A stretch of 64,000 bases of DNA from Patescibacteria group bacterium. GTDB lineage: Bacteria; Patescibacteriota; Patescibacteriia; UBA11705; DATKZF01. Position 1 is the stretch's first letter. Every line of letters starts with the position of its first letter. Position numbers and translations under genes: made by a program. Shown here piece by piece: positions 27,569 to 36,551 of this stretch. The stretch is from the NCBI GenBank assembly GCA_049319825.1, contig JBMORT010000008.1:12331-76330 (forward strand), written 5' to 3'. The notes beneath the pieces are model-generated. The model was not told the origin of the DNA and did no database searches. It saw only the letters and a program-made list of their open reading frames with translations.

Positions 27569-29710
27569 CTACAAATGCTTCATCCCCACCGTCCACACTT
27601 TCGCGTCCCCGATTATGTAAATCTTTTTATTTTTTTCATCAATAACCAAGCTGTCAATCTCATTGATATTGTCTACTTGATATTGGACGACGTTCAGTCC
27701 TTGCTTGCTTAAAACAATCACGCGCCGTGTCGGCCGATCGATCAGATACAGAAAACTTGAATCTTTGTCCGTGTAAATATAATCAGCGCTTTGGATGGCC
27801 GGTTCGATTTTTTGAACGCTGAATGTTTGCTTTTTGCCGCTTAAAAATTTGATGATATTGCCATTTGCCGTCAGTACATAAATATCACCGTCAATGGCTA
27901 TCGAATTGGCGCCGGATAAATTAGTTTGATCGCCGATCCATTCCGTCGCGGCGCCCAGCGAAGTGCCGCCCATGCCGCGTAATTTATAGATTTGATTTTC
28001 ATCAGAGGATAGAATGTATAAATTGGTGTTGTAAATTTTGAAATCATCGGCGGGGTGGCCGAACTCAATATCCATTTTTTTCAGTGATGTGTTTTCCGTA
28101 GAATATAAATAACTATCTCCGTTTTGAAAAAGGATAAGCAGATCCGATTGATCAAAAGTATTGATGGCCGATACGGTGGAATCAGATTCGGTATCTATTG
28201 TTTCTTTGACTTGTCCGCTTTTTACATCGATTATCAATACTTTATTGCCGGCTCCCAAAGCTAAAATTTGATCGTTCACCAGACAGGCGGCGTTCGCTTG
28301 GCTGATGCCAGGCAATGAGGCCAGAGCGGTCGCGGCCGTGTCTTCCAGTTTTAATAATTTATTTTGTAGTGATTCGTATTGGCTTTTGATCGATTCGTTT
28401 TTCTGTTTTTGCGCGTCGCTGTCTTGCGGCAGTTTCTTAATCAGCTCGTCGGCTTCCGTCAACAATGACAGGCTTTTTTCGGTGTTTCTGAACAAAAACG
28501 CCGCCTCAGCTTGATTTAGTTTGTCCTCAATTTGAGTAATCGATTGCGTGTACGCCTGGTCTTGTTTTTTTTCTTGCCTTGATTGATAAAGCCAGACAAT
28601 GCTTAAGGCGAAGGCAATCACCAGCGCGCCGATAACCGGCAACAAAATTTTTAATGAAATTTTCGGTTTTTGTGTCGCCGCTGCGTCGGTTTTATCAACA
28701 CCGGTTGCGGCTGGAGCAGACACGGAAAATATGTTCATTTTTTTTAATATTTTTTTAAGTAAGTGGCCAGATGTCCCGGCTCTGATTTCATCGATAATCA
28801 CGCCTTTGGGCTTCTTTTTGAAGGCCAAGAATGATTTTAGCCGGTGTCCGCAATTCTTAATTTTCTGCATGATATTGATGCCAATCGCCGGTGTCAGATA
28901 TTTTTCCGTGTTTTCTTGCGTGGAAACCAAACTGCTGATTGATTTTTGCGAAGCGTGGTCCTGTTCGAATAAATTTATGTCTTCTTGCTTGATAAAAATC
29001 GCCGAGTAGCTGCGACCGTGGTTTTTTAGCCTTTTTTGCAGCAGGACGTTAAAATCCTCGACAAATTCTCTGATCGGCCGGCTGGTCACCAGCTGGTTCA
29101 TTTTTTCAGTTGAAAAAAATCGCGCGAAAGTTTCATTGGAAATAATTAGCGTGTCCGGTCTGAATATTTTTCCGGAGATAATGCTGTTGAAAATTTTTAC
29201 TTTATTGAATTGTTCAGCCGGAGCATTGGTCAAAATATCAATGATTTTATAGTTGGCTTTTTTTGTTTTGTGCACCAGATAGCATTGCATTGAACCGCGC
29301 TGACTGATAATGACGCCGGTATCGGCTTCTTCCTGTTTGACCACCGCCACCAGGAAATTGAAATTTTCCAAAATCAGCTGAATTTGTCCGTTTTGAATGA
29401 GTTGGATTACTTGTTCATTGGTTTTTTGCAGGGCATGTTCAAAAACAGCCTCTAAATTAAGCTTTTTAGGGTCTGGCGAGGTGATCACCTGGCGATAATA
29501 ATGATCTTTTAGCGTGGAAATTATGGTTTGCGAAATTTTCTGACCCTGCTGAGTCGGGGTGGCATTAATTTCGATAATGCCCAAAATATGGCCACCATAG
29601 TTTTCTTTTCCTTCGGGAAAAATAATGAAATTTTCGCAAAAATAATCACTCCCGACCGCTTGCGGGGGCAGAAAAATTTCCTCTATCCTGAGGGCTTTTT
29701 GTTTATCCAT
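27569..29710 (-). CDS. large membrane-anchored hypothetical protein with an N-terminal globular domain and C-terminal beta-propeller-like repeats (likely start MDKQKAL at 29710; ORF track extends to 29785)
   Basis: Central TM helix KILLPVIGALVIAFALSIVWLY; C-terminal repeated YxL/IxxDG-like blades. Confidence 0.5.
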   Translation of the reverse strand: MDKQKALRIEEIFLPPQAVGSDYFCENFIIFPEGKENYGGHILGIIEINATPTQQGQKISQTIISTLKDHYYRQVITSPDPKKLNLEAVFEHALQKTNEQVIQLIQNGQIQLILENFNFLVAVVKQEEADTGVIISQRGSMQCYLVHKTKKANYKIIDILTNAPAEQFNKVKIFNSIISGKIFRPDTLIISNETFARFFSTEKMNQLVTSRPIREFVEDFNVLLQKRLKNHGRSYSAIFIKQEDINLFEQDHASQKSISSLVSTQENTEKYLTPAIGINIMQKIKNCGHRLKSFLAFKKKPKGVIIDEIRAGTSGHLLKKILKKMNIFSVSAPAATGVDKTDAAATQKPKISLKILLPVIGALVIAFALSIVWLYQSRQEKKQDQAYTQSITQIEDKLNQAEAAFLFRNTEKSLSLLTEADELIKKLPQDSDAQKQKNESIKSQYESLQNKLLKLEDTAATALASLPGISQANAACLVNDQILALGAGNKVLIIDVKSGQVKETIDTESDSTVSAINTFDQSDLLILFQNGDSYLYSTENTSLKKMDIEFGHPADDFKIYNTNLYILSSDENQIYKLRGMGGTSLGAATEWIGDQTNLSGANSIAIDGDIYVLTANGNIIKFLSGKKQTFSVQKIEPAIQSADYIYTDKDSSFLYLIDRPTRRVIVLSKQGLNVVQYQVDNINEIDSLVIDEKNKKIYIIGDAKVWTVGMKHL

Positions 29711-29886
29711 AGCTCGAAATTGACTGCTCAACTGTACTTGTATTATACTATAAATAGATAAAAAGGGGAAATATCTGGCAATCAAATTCAGGCATCAAGT
29801 GTCGAAACAATAAAAAATATTGTTCAGGAGTATTGTCGGGAAATTGAGGGGAATTCGGACAATGTATTTGATGTCTTGGCAAGAGA

Positions 29887-30537
29887 TTGTTTTTTGGGGA
29901 TGTTATGTTTGAACAACTTTTTGGATCAAAGACTCGAGCCAAATTAATACAGGTTTTTTTGGAAAATCCTGATAAGGTTTTTTATGTCAGAGAATTAACA
30001 CGCATTACCGGCGCCATGATCAATTCCATTCGTCGCGAATTGCAAATACTTGAAGAAATGAAAATAGTTTACGTTGAACGTCAAATGATCGAGCAAAATA
30101 TCAAAGATTTGAATTTGCCGGAAGGTCTGAATTCCAAAAAATTTTATAAACTCAATACACAAAACGTCTTTCACCGCGAATTGAAAAACATTTTCAAAAA
30201 AAATAATATTGTCAATGAAAATAAAATAACGGATTTACTGACTAATATCAGCCCGATCCATCTGGTGGTGCTGACCGGCCAGCTGATCGGCGCCGCGGAT
30301 GCGCCTACCGACGTGCTGATCGTCACCGAGGCGCCCAAAGCGAAATTTGTTCCTTTTTTAAAATCGCTGAAAGAAAAGGTAAAAAACGAGCTGAATTACA
30401 CTTTCATGACCGCCGATGAGTATGTGCTGCGTGGCGATATCAAAGATAAATTTTTATTCTCCATATTAAATAACAAAAAAAACATTGTTTTGATCGATAA
30501 GATCAAGGAGTTAATCGCAACGCCCGTTGCCAAATAA
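29887..30537 (+). CDS. hypothetical protein with an N-terminal winged-helix-like domain
   Basis: KTRAKLIQVFLENPDKVFYVRELTRITGAMINSIRREL resembles a wHTH. Confidence 0.35.
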   Translation: MFFGDVMFEQLFGSKTRAKLIQVFLENPDKVFYVRELTRITGAMINSIRRELQILEEMKIVYVERQMIEQNIKDLNLPEGLNSKKFYKLNTQNVFHRELKNIFKKNNIVNENKITDLLTNISPIHLVVLTGQLIGAADAPTDVLIVTEAPKAKFVPFLKSLKEKVKNELNYTFMTADEYVLRGDIKDKFLFSILNNKKNIVLIDKIKELIATPVAK

Positions 30538-31972
30538 TATGAAAAACAAAATTTTATTTTTATTTTTTTTGCTTGGCGGTGTATTGTTCGCCGGTGCCGG
30601 CGTTTCGGCGTTCACCAACGCGGATCTGCCGGTGAAAATTTTTGATAAAGATCTAAAATCGATCGGAGAATTCAATCCTTTTTCAGATGATTTCAGCGGC
30701 GAAATTGATATGGCACTGGCCGACATGGATGGTGATAAATCCAAAGAGGTGGTGATAAGTTTGTGTGATCAAAAAAATGATACACTGGTAAAAATATATC
30801 GGCAAAACGGTCAAATGCTGAGCGAATTTCGTCCATATGTTCCCGGATTCACCGGTATGGTTTATTTGGCCGCCGCGGACCTCGATAATGATGGAATAGA
30901 TGAAATAATTACCGGCGCCGGAGAGCGTGGCGGACCCCAGGTAAGAATATTCGACGGCCATGGCAATTGGAAATTTGTCAAAGGTTTTTGGGCCGATGAT
31001 GAAAACACCTATCGCAAAGGAGTGAAGGTTTTTGCCGGCGATATCAATTCCGACGGATTGAATGAGATTATCACCACGACCTATGGCGAAAAAATGATAT
31101 TGCGGTTTTTTAATCGATTTGGACAGGAAATAAAGGATTCCATCGCTTACGAGGAAGGTAATTTTTTTGAACCGGCGGAAATCGCCGTTTCGGATTTGGG
31201 GGACGATGGACTGGGAGAGCTGATTATCAATACCGGCTTCGGCAATAAACCCGAGTTGGCTGTTTTGCAAAATGACGGCACCAAATTGAATTCCTTTATG
31301 GCGTATCATCCGGGATTCGGCGGCGGCGTGGATTTGGATTGGGCGGTGGAAAACGGCGAGAAGGTTTTTGTGACCGGCGCCGGATTCACCGGTGGCCCGC
31401 ACGTACGGTTTTTGAACAGTTTCGGCGAACCAATAAAAAATTTGAATTTTTTCGTTTATACTCAGGATTATAAAGGGGGAGTGAATGTCGCCGCCGCCGA
31501 TGTCGATAATGACGGATCGTTTGAATATGTCACCGCGCCCAAAATTCTTTTTGACGGTAATAAAAATTATTGGCCAAAGCATATTGAAGTCGATATTTCC
31601 AAGCAGATGCTTTACGCTTATCAATACGGTAAATTGGTTAAATCATTTTACATCTCATCGGGCACATACCGGCATCCGACGCCTTACGGCAAATTTACCG
31701 TTTATAGCAAAAGGCGAAGCGCGCGCATGGCCGGCTATTATGGCCCGGGCAATCCCGACAATTACGATTTGCCGGGTGTCCCCTATATTTTATCGTTCAA
31801 TGGGCCGTATACCATCCATGGGACCTACTGGCACAGCAATTTTGGGCATCGGATGAGCCATGGCTGCGTCAATATGTATACTCCTAACGCCAAGTGGGTT
31901 TATGAATGGGCGCCGATGGGCACGCCGGTGATTGTGCATAATGGAAATATAAATGCGGTATTGGGGAACTAA
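30527..31972 (+). CDS. secreted FG-GAP/beta-propeller repeat protein fused to a C-terminal L,D-transpeptidase (YkuD) catalytic domain
   Basis: Signal peptide; five DxDxDG-type FG-GAP repeats (DMDGDKSKEVV, DLDNDGIDEII, DINSDGLNEII, DLGDDGLGELI, DVDNDGSFEYV); Ldt catalytic motif HGT...SHGCVNM. Confidence 0.7.
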   Translation: MPNNMKNKILFLFFLLGGVLFAGAGVSAFTNADLPVKIFDKDLKSIGEFNPFSDDFSGEIDMALADMDGDKSKEVVISLCDQKNDTLVKIYRQNGQMLSEFRPYVPGFTGMVYLAAADLDNDGIDEIITGAGERGGPQVRIFDGHGNWKFVKGFWADDENTYRKGVKVFAGDINSDGLNEIITTTYGEKMILRFFNRFGQEIKDSIAYEEGNFFEPAEIAVSDLGDDGLGELIINTGFGNKPELAVLQNDGTKLNSFMAYHPGFGGGVDLDWAVENGEKVFVTGAGFTGGPHVRFLNSFGEPIKNLNFFVYTQDYKGGVNVAAADVDNDGSFEYVTAPKILFDGNKNYWPKHIEVDISKQMLYAYQYGKLVKSFYISSGTYRHPTPYGKFTVYSKRRSARMAGYYGPGNPDNYDLPGVPYILSFNGPYTIHGTYWHSNFGHRMSHGCVNMYTPNAKWVYEWAPMGTPVIVHNGNINAVLGN

Positions 31973-31987
31973 AGACGTAGAAATTGG

Positions 31988-32100
31988 TTGTTTGGAAAAT
32001 AGAAAATAGTAATGGAAATTTGCAAATAGAAATTGGTTTTAAATACTATTTTCCACTTTCTATTTTCTAATACCAATTTCCAATTTCTAAACAACCAGTT
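31988..32100. repeat. ~110-bp AT-rich imperfect palindrome (tagaaattggttgtttggaaaatagaaaatag ... ctattttctaataccaatttccaatttctaaacaaccagtttcta)
   Basis: Inverted repeat read directly; lies between the Ldt gene and the tsaB fragment. Confidence 0.5.
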
Positions 32101-32108
32101 TCTATTAT

Positions 32109-32234
32109 ATGAAATTGATCATCAGCACCGAATCCAATCAAAAATTTTTTGTTGTTTGGGAAATAAAAAACGGGCGACTGGAAACAAATTTTTTTACATT
32201 ATCAATAATTTGCGAAAGCGCGAATAATTATTAA
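32109..32234 (+). pseudogene. truncated N-terminal fragment (41 codons) of a tsaB/yeaZ-like gene
   Basis: First 39 nt atgaaattgatcatcagcaccgaatccaatcaaaaattt are identical to the start of the ORF at 33696; the translation MKLIISTESNQKFFVVWEIKNGRLETNFF resembles the TsaB N-terminus. Confidence 0.4.
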
Positions 32235-32246
32235 CAAAACAATCCT

Positions 32247-33437
32247 ATGGCATTATTTGAAAGACTGGCGGCGATGAAGGCTAAGCAAGAAGCCGCAGAC
32301 ATAAAGAAAAAAAAGGAGGCTGAAACAGCAAAAGCTGAAGTGGAAAAATCAAAATTACAGGTCGAGAGGGAAAGCATGCTTGCCGAGATGGCGCAGGCTG
32401 AAGAGGCAGCTCGGCAGGCGAAAGCCGCTCTAACGGAAGCGGAGGCATTTGCAGCAGAACAAGGAGAGAATATTGATCCTGAAGTAAAGGCTGAAATAGT
32501 CGCGATTAAGAAGGAAGCTGCTGAAATTATAGAAAAGTTTGAAAATTTAAAAGCAGAAATTACTCAAATAGATCAAAAAATCGCAGTCTTAAGCGGAGAA
32601 GTTGCCCCAGTTAAAGCGCCGGCAGAGGGACCAGAACCGGCAGCAGAAGCGCCGGCAGAGGAACCAGAACCGGCAGTAGAAGCGCCGGCAGAGGAACCAA
32701 AACCGGCAGTAGAGCCGGCTCCGGCGGTAGAAATGCCTGAGCCGACACCCGAGGATTCGAAAAAGGCTATGAATGAGCTATTACCAAGAATGATCACCGG
32801 AGTTCATTGGACGAAAGATTGGATTGAGCGGGAAGGAGTGCCTATCAACAATCTTGTTCAACAAAATACAGAGAGCAATAATAAAGCAAAGAATTTAATC
32901 GGAACGCTGGCGGCATTTGAAGGCAAGGACCCGAGCGCATTATCTGTCAGCGAAAGAAATCAACTGCAGATAGCTTTGGCTGAAGCTTATGGCGCAACGC
33001 AATATACATTTCAAACCGTTCATCGCCCTCCTTATAATGAAAAATGGCCCACGGTGTTAGATAACATGAATGGCGAACTAACTGGGTTTGTTAAAAGTAA
33101 CCAATATGAACTGAAAGAAATGCGAGCCGAGCTGGCAGTTTTAAATGGAGAAGATACTCCCGATTTTGTCGGTCGAGTAAATTTAGCGAATATAAAAGAG
33201 AAGATGGGCGCAATGACCGCCTCAGATAAACAGCAGCTGATTGAATTGCTTCAAAGCAGAATCAGCGAGGGAGAAGAAAGTATAAAGAAAGCCGAAGATA
33301 CTATCGAGGCAAACAAGGATCAATTACGACAATCAGAGCCGATACTCCGTAATTCTGAGCGAACTTTATATAATACTAAGTTGGAACTTGATAAACTTGA
33401 GAGGAAGCTACGCAGACAGTTTAAGTCGGTATTATAG
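32247..33437 (+). CDS. hypothetical coiled-coil protein with a central low-complexity PAxEAPAEEPEPA repeat region
   Basis: 396 aa; repeats APAEGPEPAAEAPAEEPEPAVEAPAEEPKPAVEPAPAVE. Confidence 0.5.
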   Translation: MALFERLAAMKAKQEAADIKKKKEAETAKAEVEKSKLQVERESMLAEMAQAEEAARQAKAALTEAEAFAAEQGENIDPEVKAEIVAIKKEAAEIIEKFENLKAEITQIDQKIAVLSGEVAPVKAPAEGPEPAAEAPAEEPEPAVEAPAEEPKPAVEPAPAVEMPEPTPEDSKKAMNELLPRMITGVHWTKDWIEREGVPINNLVQQNTESNNKAKNLIGTLAAFEGKDPSALSVSERNQLQIALAEAYGATQYTFQTVHRPPYNEKWPTVLDNMNGELTGFVKSNQYELKEMRAELAVLNGEDTPDFVGRVNLANIKEKMGAMTASDKQQLIELLQSRISEGEESIKKAEDTIEANKDQLRQSEPILRNSERTLYNTKLELDKLERKLRRQFKSVL

Positions 33438-33479
33438 GGTACTGAATTTAACACGGTTATTAGTCATAATATTACATTT

Positions 33480-33659
33480 ATGAAAAATATAAAAACGAAA
33501 CAAGGATTATTAAAGAGAATGGCGGAAATAAAAAAAGAGCTTAAACTGTTACAAAAACAATTTAAACAATTAAATAAAAACGCCGAGGACATCAGAAAAC
33601 GGGTTGGCGCCGATCGGGATAAAAGAGAAATTGCAAAACTTAGGGCCCAAATTACCTAA
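33480..33659 (+). CDS. possible small coiled-coil protein (59 aa; below the ORF-track cutoff)
   Basis: MKNIKTKQGLLKRMAEIKKELKLLQKQFKQLNKNAEDIRKRVGADRDKREIAKLRAQIT. Confidence 0.2.
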   Translation: MKNIKTKQGLLKRMAEIKKELKLLQKQFKQLNKNAEDIRKRVGADRDKREIAKLRAQIT

Positions 33660-33695
33660 AATAATTCCTTGTTAACGGGTCAGATAAGACGCATT

Positions 33696-34160
33696 ATGAA
33701 ATTGATCATCAGCACCGAATCCAATCAAAAATTTTCAATAGCGTTGGCCGATTCGCGTCGGCTAATTGATTATGTGTTGGTTGAAAAGCCTTTCATGCAG
33801 TCAGAGCTGGTATTACAAATAATTGATAAATTATTTAATAAATATAAAATTACAAATAATTACAAATTATTACAGATAAATGATAGCAAGAGAATTATTA
33901 CAAATAATTACAAATTGCTGGATGAAATAATTGTAATATCCGGTCCGGGAGACTTTTCAGCGGTTAGAATCGGCATTTCGATCGCTAATGCGCTGAGCTA
34001 TGCCTGGAGCGTGCCGGTAAAAGCGGTTAAATTGAAAAAGAAATACAAATCAGAAGAAAGCAAATTAAAGGATGTTTTGAAACTCAGCGCGAAAGTCAAT
34101 GCTGGAAAAATCGCCGAGCCGGTTTATAATGCGGAGCCGAATATTACTACTAGGCAATAG
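33696..34160 (+). CDS. tsaB: TsaB/YeaZ-like tRNA threonylcarbamoyladenosine biosynthesis protein, short form with an internal tandem-repeat insertion
   Basis: MKLIISTESNQKFSIALAD (TsaB N-terminus) and IVISGPGDFSAVRIGISIANALSYAWSVPV (GPGSFTG(L)RIG signature); internal duplication KITNNYKLLQINDSKRIITNNYKLL. Confidence 0.55.
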   Translation: MKLIISTESNQKFSIALADSRRLIDYVLVEKPFMQSELVLQIIDKLFNKYKITNNYKLLQINDSKRIITNNYKLLDEIIVISGPGDFSAVRIGISIANALSYAWSVPVKAVKLKKKYKSEESKLKDVLKLSAKVNAGKIAEPVYNAEPNITTRQ

Positions 34161-34270
34161 GCAGGAGGCAGTAGTAAGTAATGGAAGGCTTAAGGGGGCT
34201 TAAGAAGGCTTGAGAGGGCAAAGGGGGCAAATAAGGCAATAGCTACAAGTTATAAGGTACAAGGAAAAAT

Positions 34271-35116
34271 ATGGAAACCACAAAAATCGCTTTATTCAAA
34301 GGGAAAAAGATTAGGAAAACACTCTTTCAAAATGAATGGTGGTTTTCTGTTATTGATGTTGTGCAAGCGCTTACTGATCAAGCCGATGATTATATTGCTA
34401 GAAAATATTGGAATAAACTTGCTCAAAGATTAAGAGAAGAAGGAAGCGAGGTGGTGACATTTTGTCACCGACTGAAATTAGAAGCGTCTGATGGGAAAAA
34501 ATATGAAACCGACTGCGCCAATACAGAAGGAATTTTTCGCATAATTCAGTCAATTCCTTCTCCAAAAGCCGAGCCCTTTAAACGCTGGCTGGCAAAAGTC
34601 GGTTATGAACGGGTGCAAGAAGTTGAAAATCCGGAATTGGCGACCAAGCGCACGAGGATGCTTTATAAGTTGAAAGGCTATCCTGACGATTGGATTGAAA
34701 ATAGAATGCGCGGCATCGCTATTCGCGAGGAATTGACAGACGAATGGCAAAATCGCGGAGCCCGCGAGCAGAAAGATTATGAAATTTTAACGGCTGAGAT
34801 ATCAAAGGCGACTTTCGGCATTACTCCAAACGAATATAAAGAACTCAAGGGATTGAAACGGGAAAACCTGCGCGATCATATGGACGATTTTGAATTGATT
34901 TTTACCATGCTGGGCGAAAGAGCGACGACTGAAATACATCGGACTGAAGATTCCCAAGGCTTGAATAAATTAAAATCAGACGCCAAAGCTGGCGGAGATA
35001 TTGCCGGCGGAGCCAGAAAGAAACTGGAAAAGCGGTTGGGAAAGCCTGTAGTTTCTAAAGATAATTTTTTGCCTTCTTCCAGAAAAGATGGATATTATAT
35101 AAATGATACAGATTGA
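34271..35116 (+). CDS. Bro-N domain protein (DinD / phage antirepressor-like)
   Basis: N-terminal FQNEWWFSVIDVVQALT Bro-N signature; overall resemblance to DNA-damage-inducible protein D family. Confidence 0.6.
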   Translation: METTKIALFKGKKIRKTLFQNEWWFSVIDVVQALTDQADDYIARKYWNKLAQRLREEGSEVVTFCHRLKLEASDGKKYETDCANTEGIFRIIQSIPSPKAEPFKRWLAKVGYERVQEVENPELATKRTRMLYKLKGYPDDWIENRMRGIAIREELTDEWQNRGAREQKDYEILTAEISKATFGITPNEYKELKGLKRENLRDHMDDFELIFTMLGERATTEIHRTEDSQGLNKLKSDAKAGGDIAGGARKKLEKRLGKPVVSKDNFLPSSRKDGYYINDTD

Positions 35117-35244
35117 AAGTGAAAACGCAAAAACGCGAAAACGCGAAGTCGCGAAGTCGCTCGGGCAATGTTTGTCCGGCGATTTTTTGACAAGAGAGAT
35201 TTATATCTTTACAATGCCAGAAGTATTCAGGGGAGGAAATAAAG

Positions 35245-35538
35245 ATGAGAAAAAGAGCGATATTATGGATTTGTATTTCATTGATATTCTGGATAGCCGG
35301 CTGCGCTGTGCAGCTGAAAGAACAAAAAGGAGCTGCGCACATAAATAAGGAATTTGTCACACCAAACGTTTATTTTGATCAGGCTATTTTTTATGAGCTG
35401 CAAGAGAGAATCAGAATATTGGAAAAACAGCTGAATTGGCTGCTGGCAATTTTATACCAGCAGAAAAAAATATTTATAAAGCTTCAAATGCTAGCCAATA
35501 GGGTATATCAAGATAGTTTTGATAAATTTGGCAAATAA
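35245..35538 (+). CDS. putative lipoprotein (97 aa)
   Basis: Signal peptide with lipobox IAGC; GGGGAGG RBS. Confidence 0.4.
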   Translation: MRKRAILWICISLIFWIAGCAVQLKEQKGAAHINKEFVTPNVYFDQAIFYELQERIRILEKQLNWLLAILYQQKKIFIKLQMLANRVYQDSFDKFGK

Positions 35539-35771
35539 AGGAGTTATTATGGCAGGATTTATTGAATTCTGCTTTTTTATCCACAAAAATGGGGATAAGT
35601 CAGGCGGAAAGTTAAAAGTGAAAAGTGAAAAGTCAAAAGTTTTCAATGCACTTTTTATCCACAGAAATGATATTCACATAAAAAAAGCTTAAATATATGG
35701 CGTTTTTTTGTTTTTGCACTGGTGTTGAATAATGGTTGATAGGATAATATAAGTGGGGTATAATGGAGTTA

Positions 35772-35812
35772 GTGGAAATTTTTGTGGGGAAAAGTGGGGA
35801 AAATCTGGCGGG
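35772..35812 (+). promoter_or_regulatory. candidate MraZ operator: GTGG(G) direct repeats with 10-11-bp periodicity (aGTGGaaatttttGTGGGgaaaaGTGGGgaaaatcTGGCGGG)
   Basis: Four G-rich direct repeats ~215-255 bp upstream of mraZ; an additional AAAGTGA AAAGTGA AAAGTCA triple repeat at 35618-35645. Confidence 0.3.
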
Positions 35813-35968
35813 AAGTTAACTGAGCTATAATTAATTTCCCGCCAGGTTCACTTTATTTTTGTTACAAGATAGTACCCTTCGACTCCCCCTCGACTTGCTC
35901 GGGGTCGCTCAGTGCAGGCAAGATTGGAAATTGATTATTATTAAGTATTAAAGATGCTAGTTTCTTGT

Positions 35969-36027
35969 TCCATGCTCCATGCTCCATGCTCCATGCTCCA
36001 TGCTCCATGTTACATGATACATGACAT
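35969..36027. repeat. heptanucleotide array (TCCATGC)5 TCCATGT TACATGA TACATGA running directly into the mraZ start codon (catATG)
   Basis: Read directly; same unit as the mutS-upstream array. Confidence 0.85.
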
Positions 36028-36459
36028 ATGTTCATCGGTGAGTACCAACATAGTCTGGACCAAAAAGACCGACTGGCAGTGCCGGTTAAATTTCGTTCGA
36101 TATTGAAAGAAGGCGCTGTCGTTACCCGAGGCTTGGATAATTGTTTGTTCTTATACACTAAAAAGGAATGGAGTAAATTGGCGGAAAAATTATCGGCATT
36201 GCCCATAAGCAAATCAAATACCAGGGCGTTCAGCCGCTTTATGCTGTCCGGAGCGATGGATGTCGGCATTGATAAGCAGGGCAGAATTAAAATTCCGGAT
36301 TATTTGAAAAAATTTGCCGGCCTGAAAAAAAATGTAATCGTGGCCGGATTACTAAATCGTTTGGAGCTTTGGGATGAAATGGCCTGGAATAAATATAAGC
36401 AGGGGAATGAGAAAGCTTCGGCGCAGATCGCGGAAGAGCTGGAGAATCTTGACGTGTAA
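36028..36459 (+). CDS. mraZ: transcriptional regulator MraZ
   Basis: MFIGEYQHSLDQKDRLAVPVKFR... two DXXXR-type half-domains, 143 aa. Confidence 0.9.
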   Translation: MFIGEYQHSLDQKDRLAVPVKFRSILKEGAVVTRGLDNCLFLYTKKEWSKLAEKLSALPISKSNTRAFSRFMLSGAMDVGIDKQGRIKIPDYLKKFAGLKKNVIVAGLLNRLELWDEMAWNKYKQGNEKASAQIAEELENLDV

Positions 36460-36551
36460 ATCGATGCTAATATACGAATTGATACTAATGATACTAATAT
36501 TACAAAAGCATTCGTATAATTCGCATGCATTAGTATATTGGCATCGCTTGT

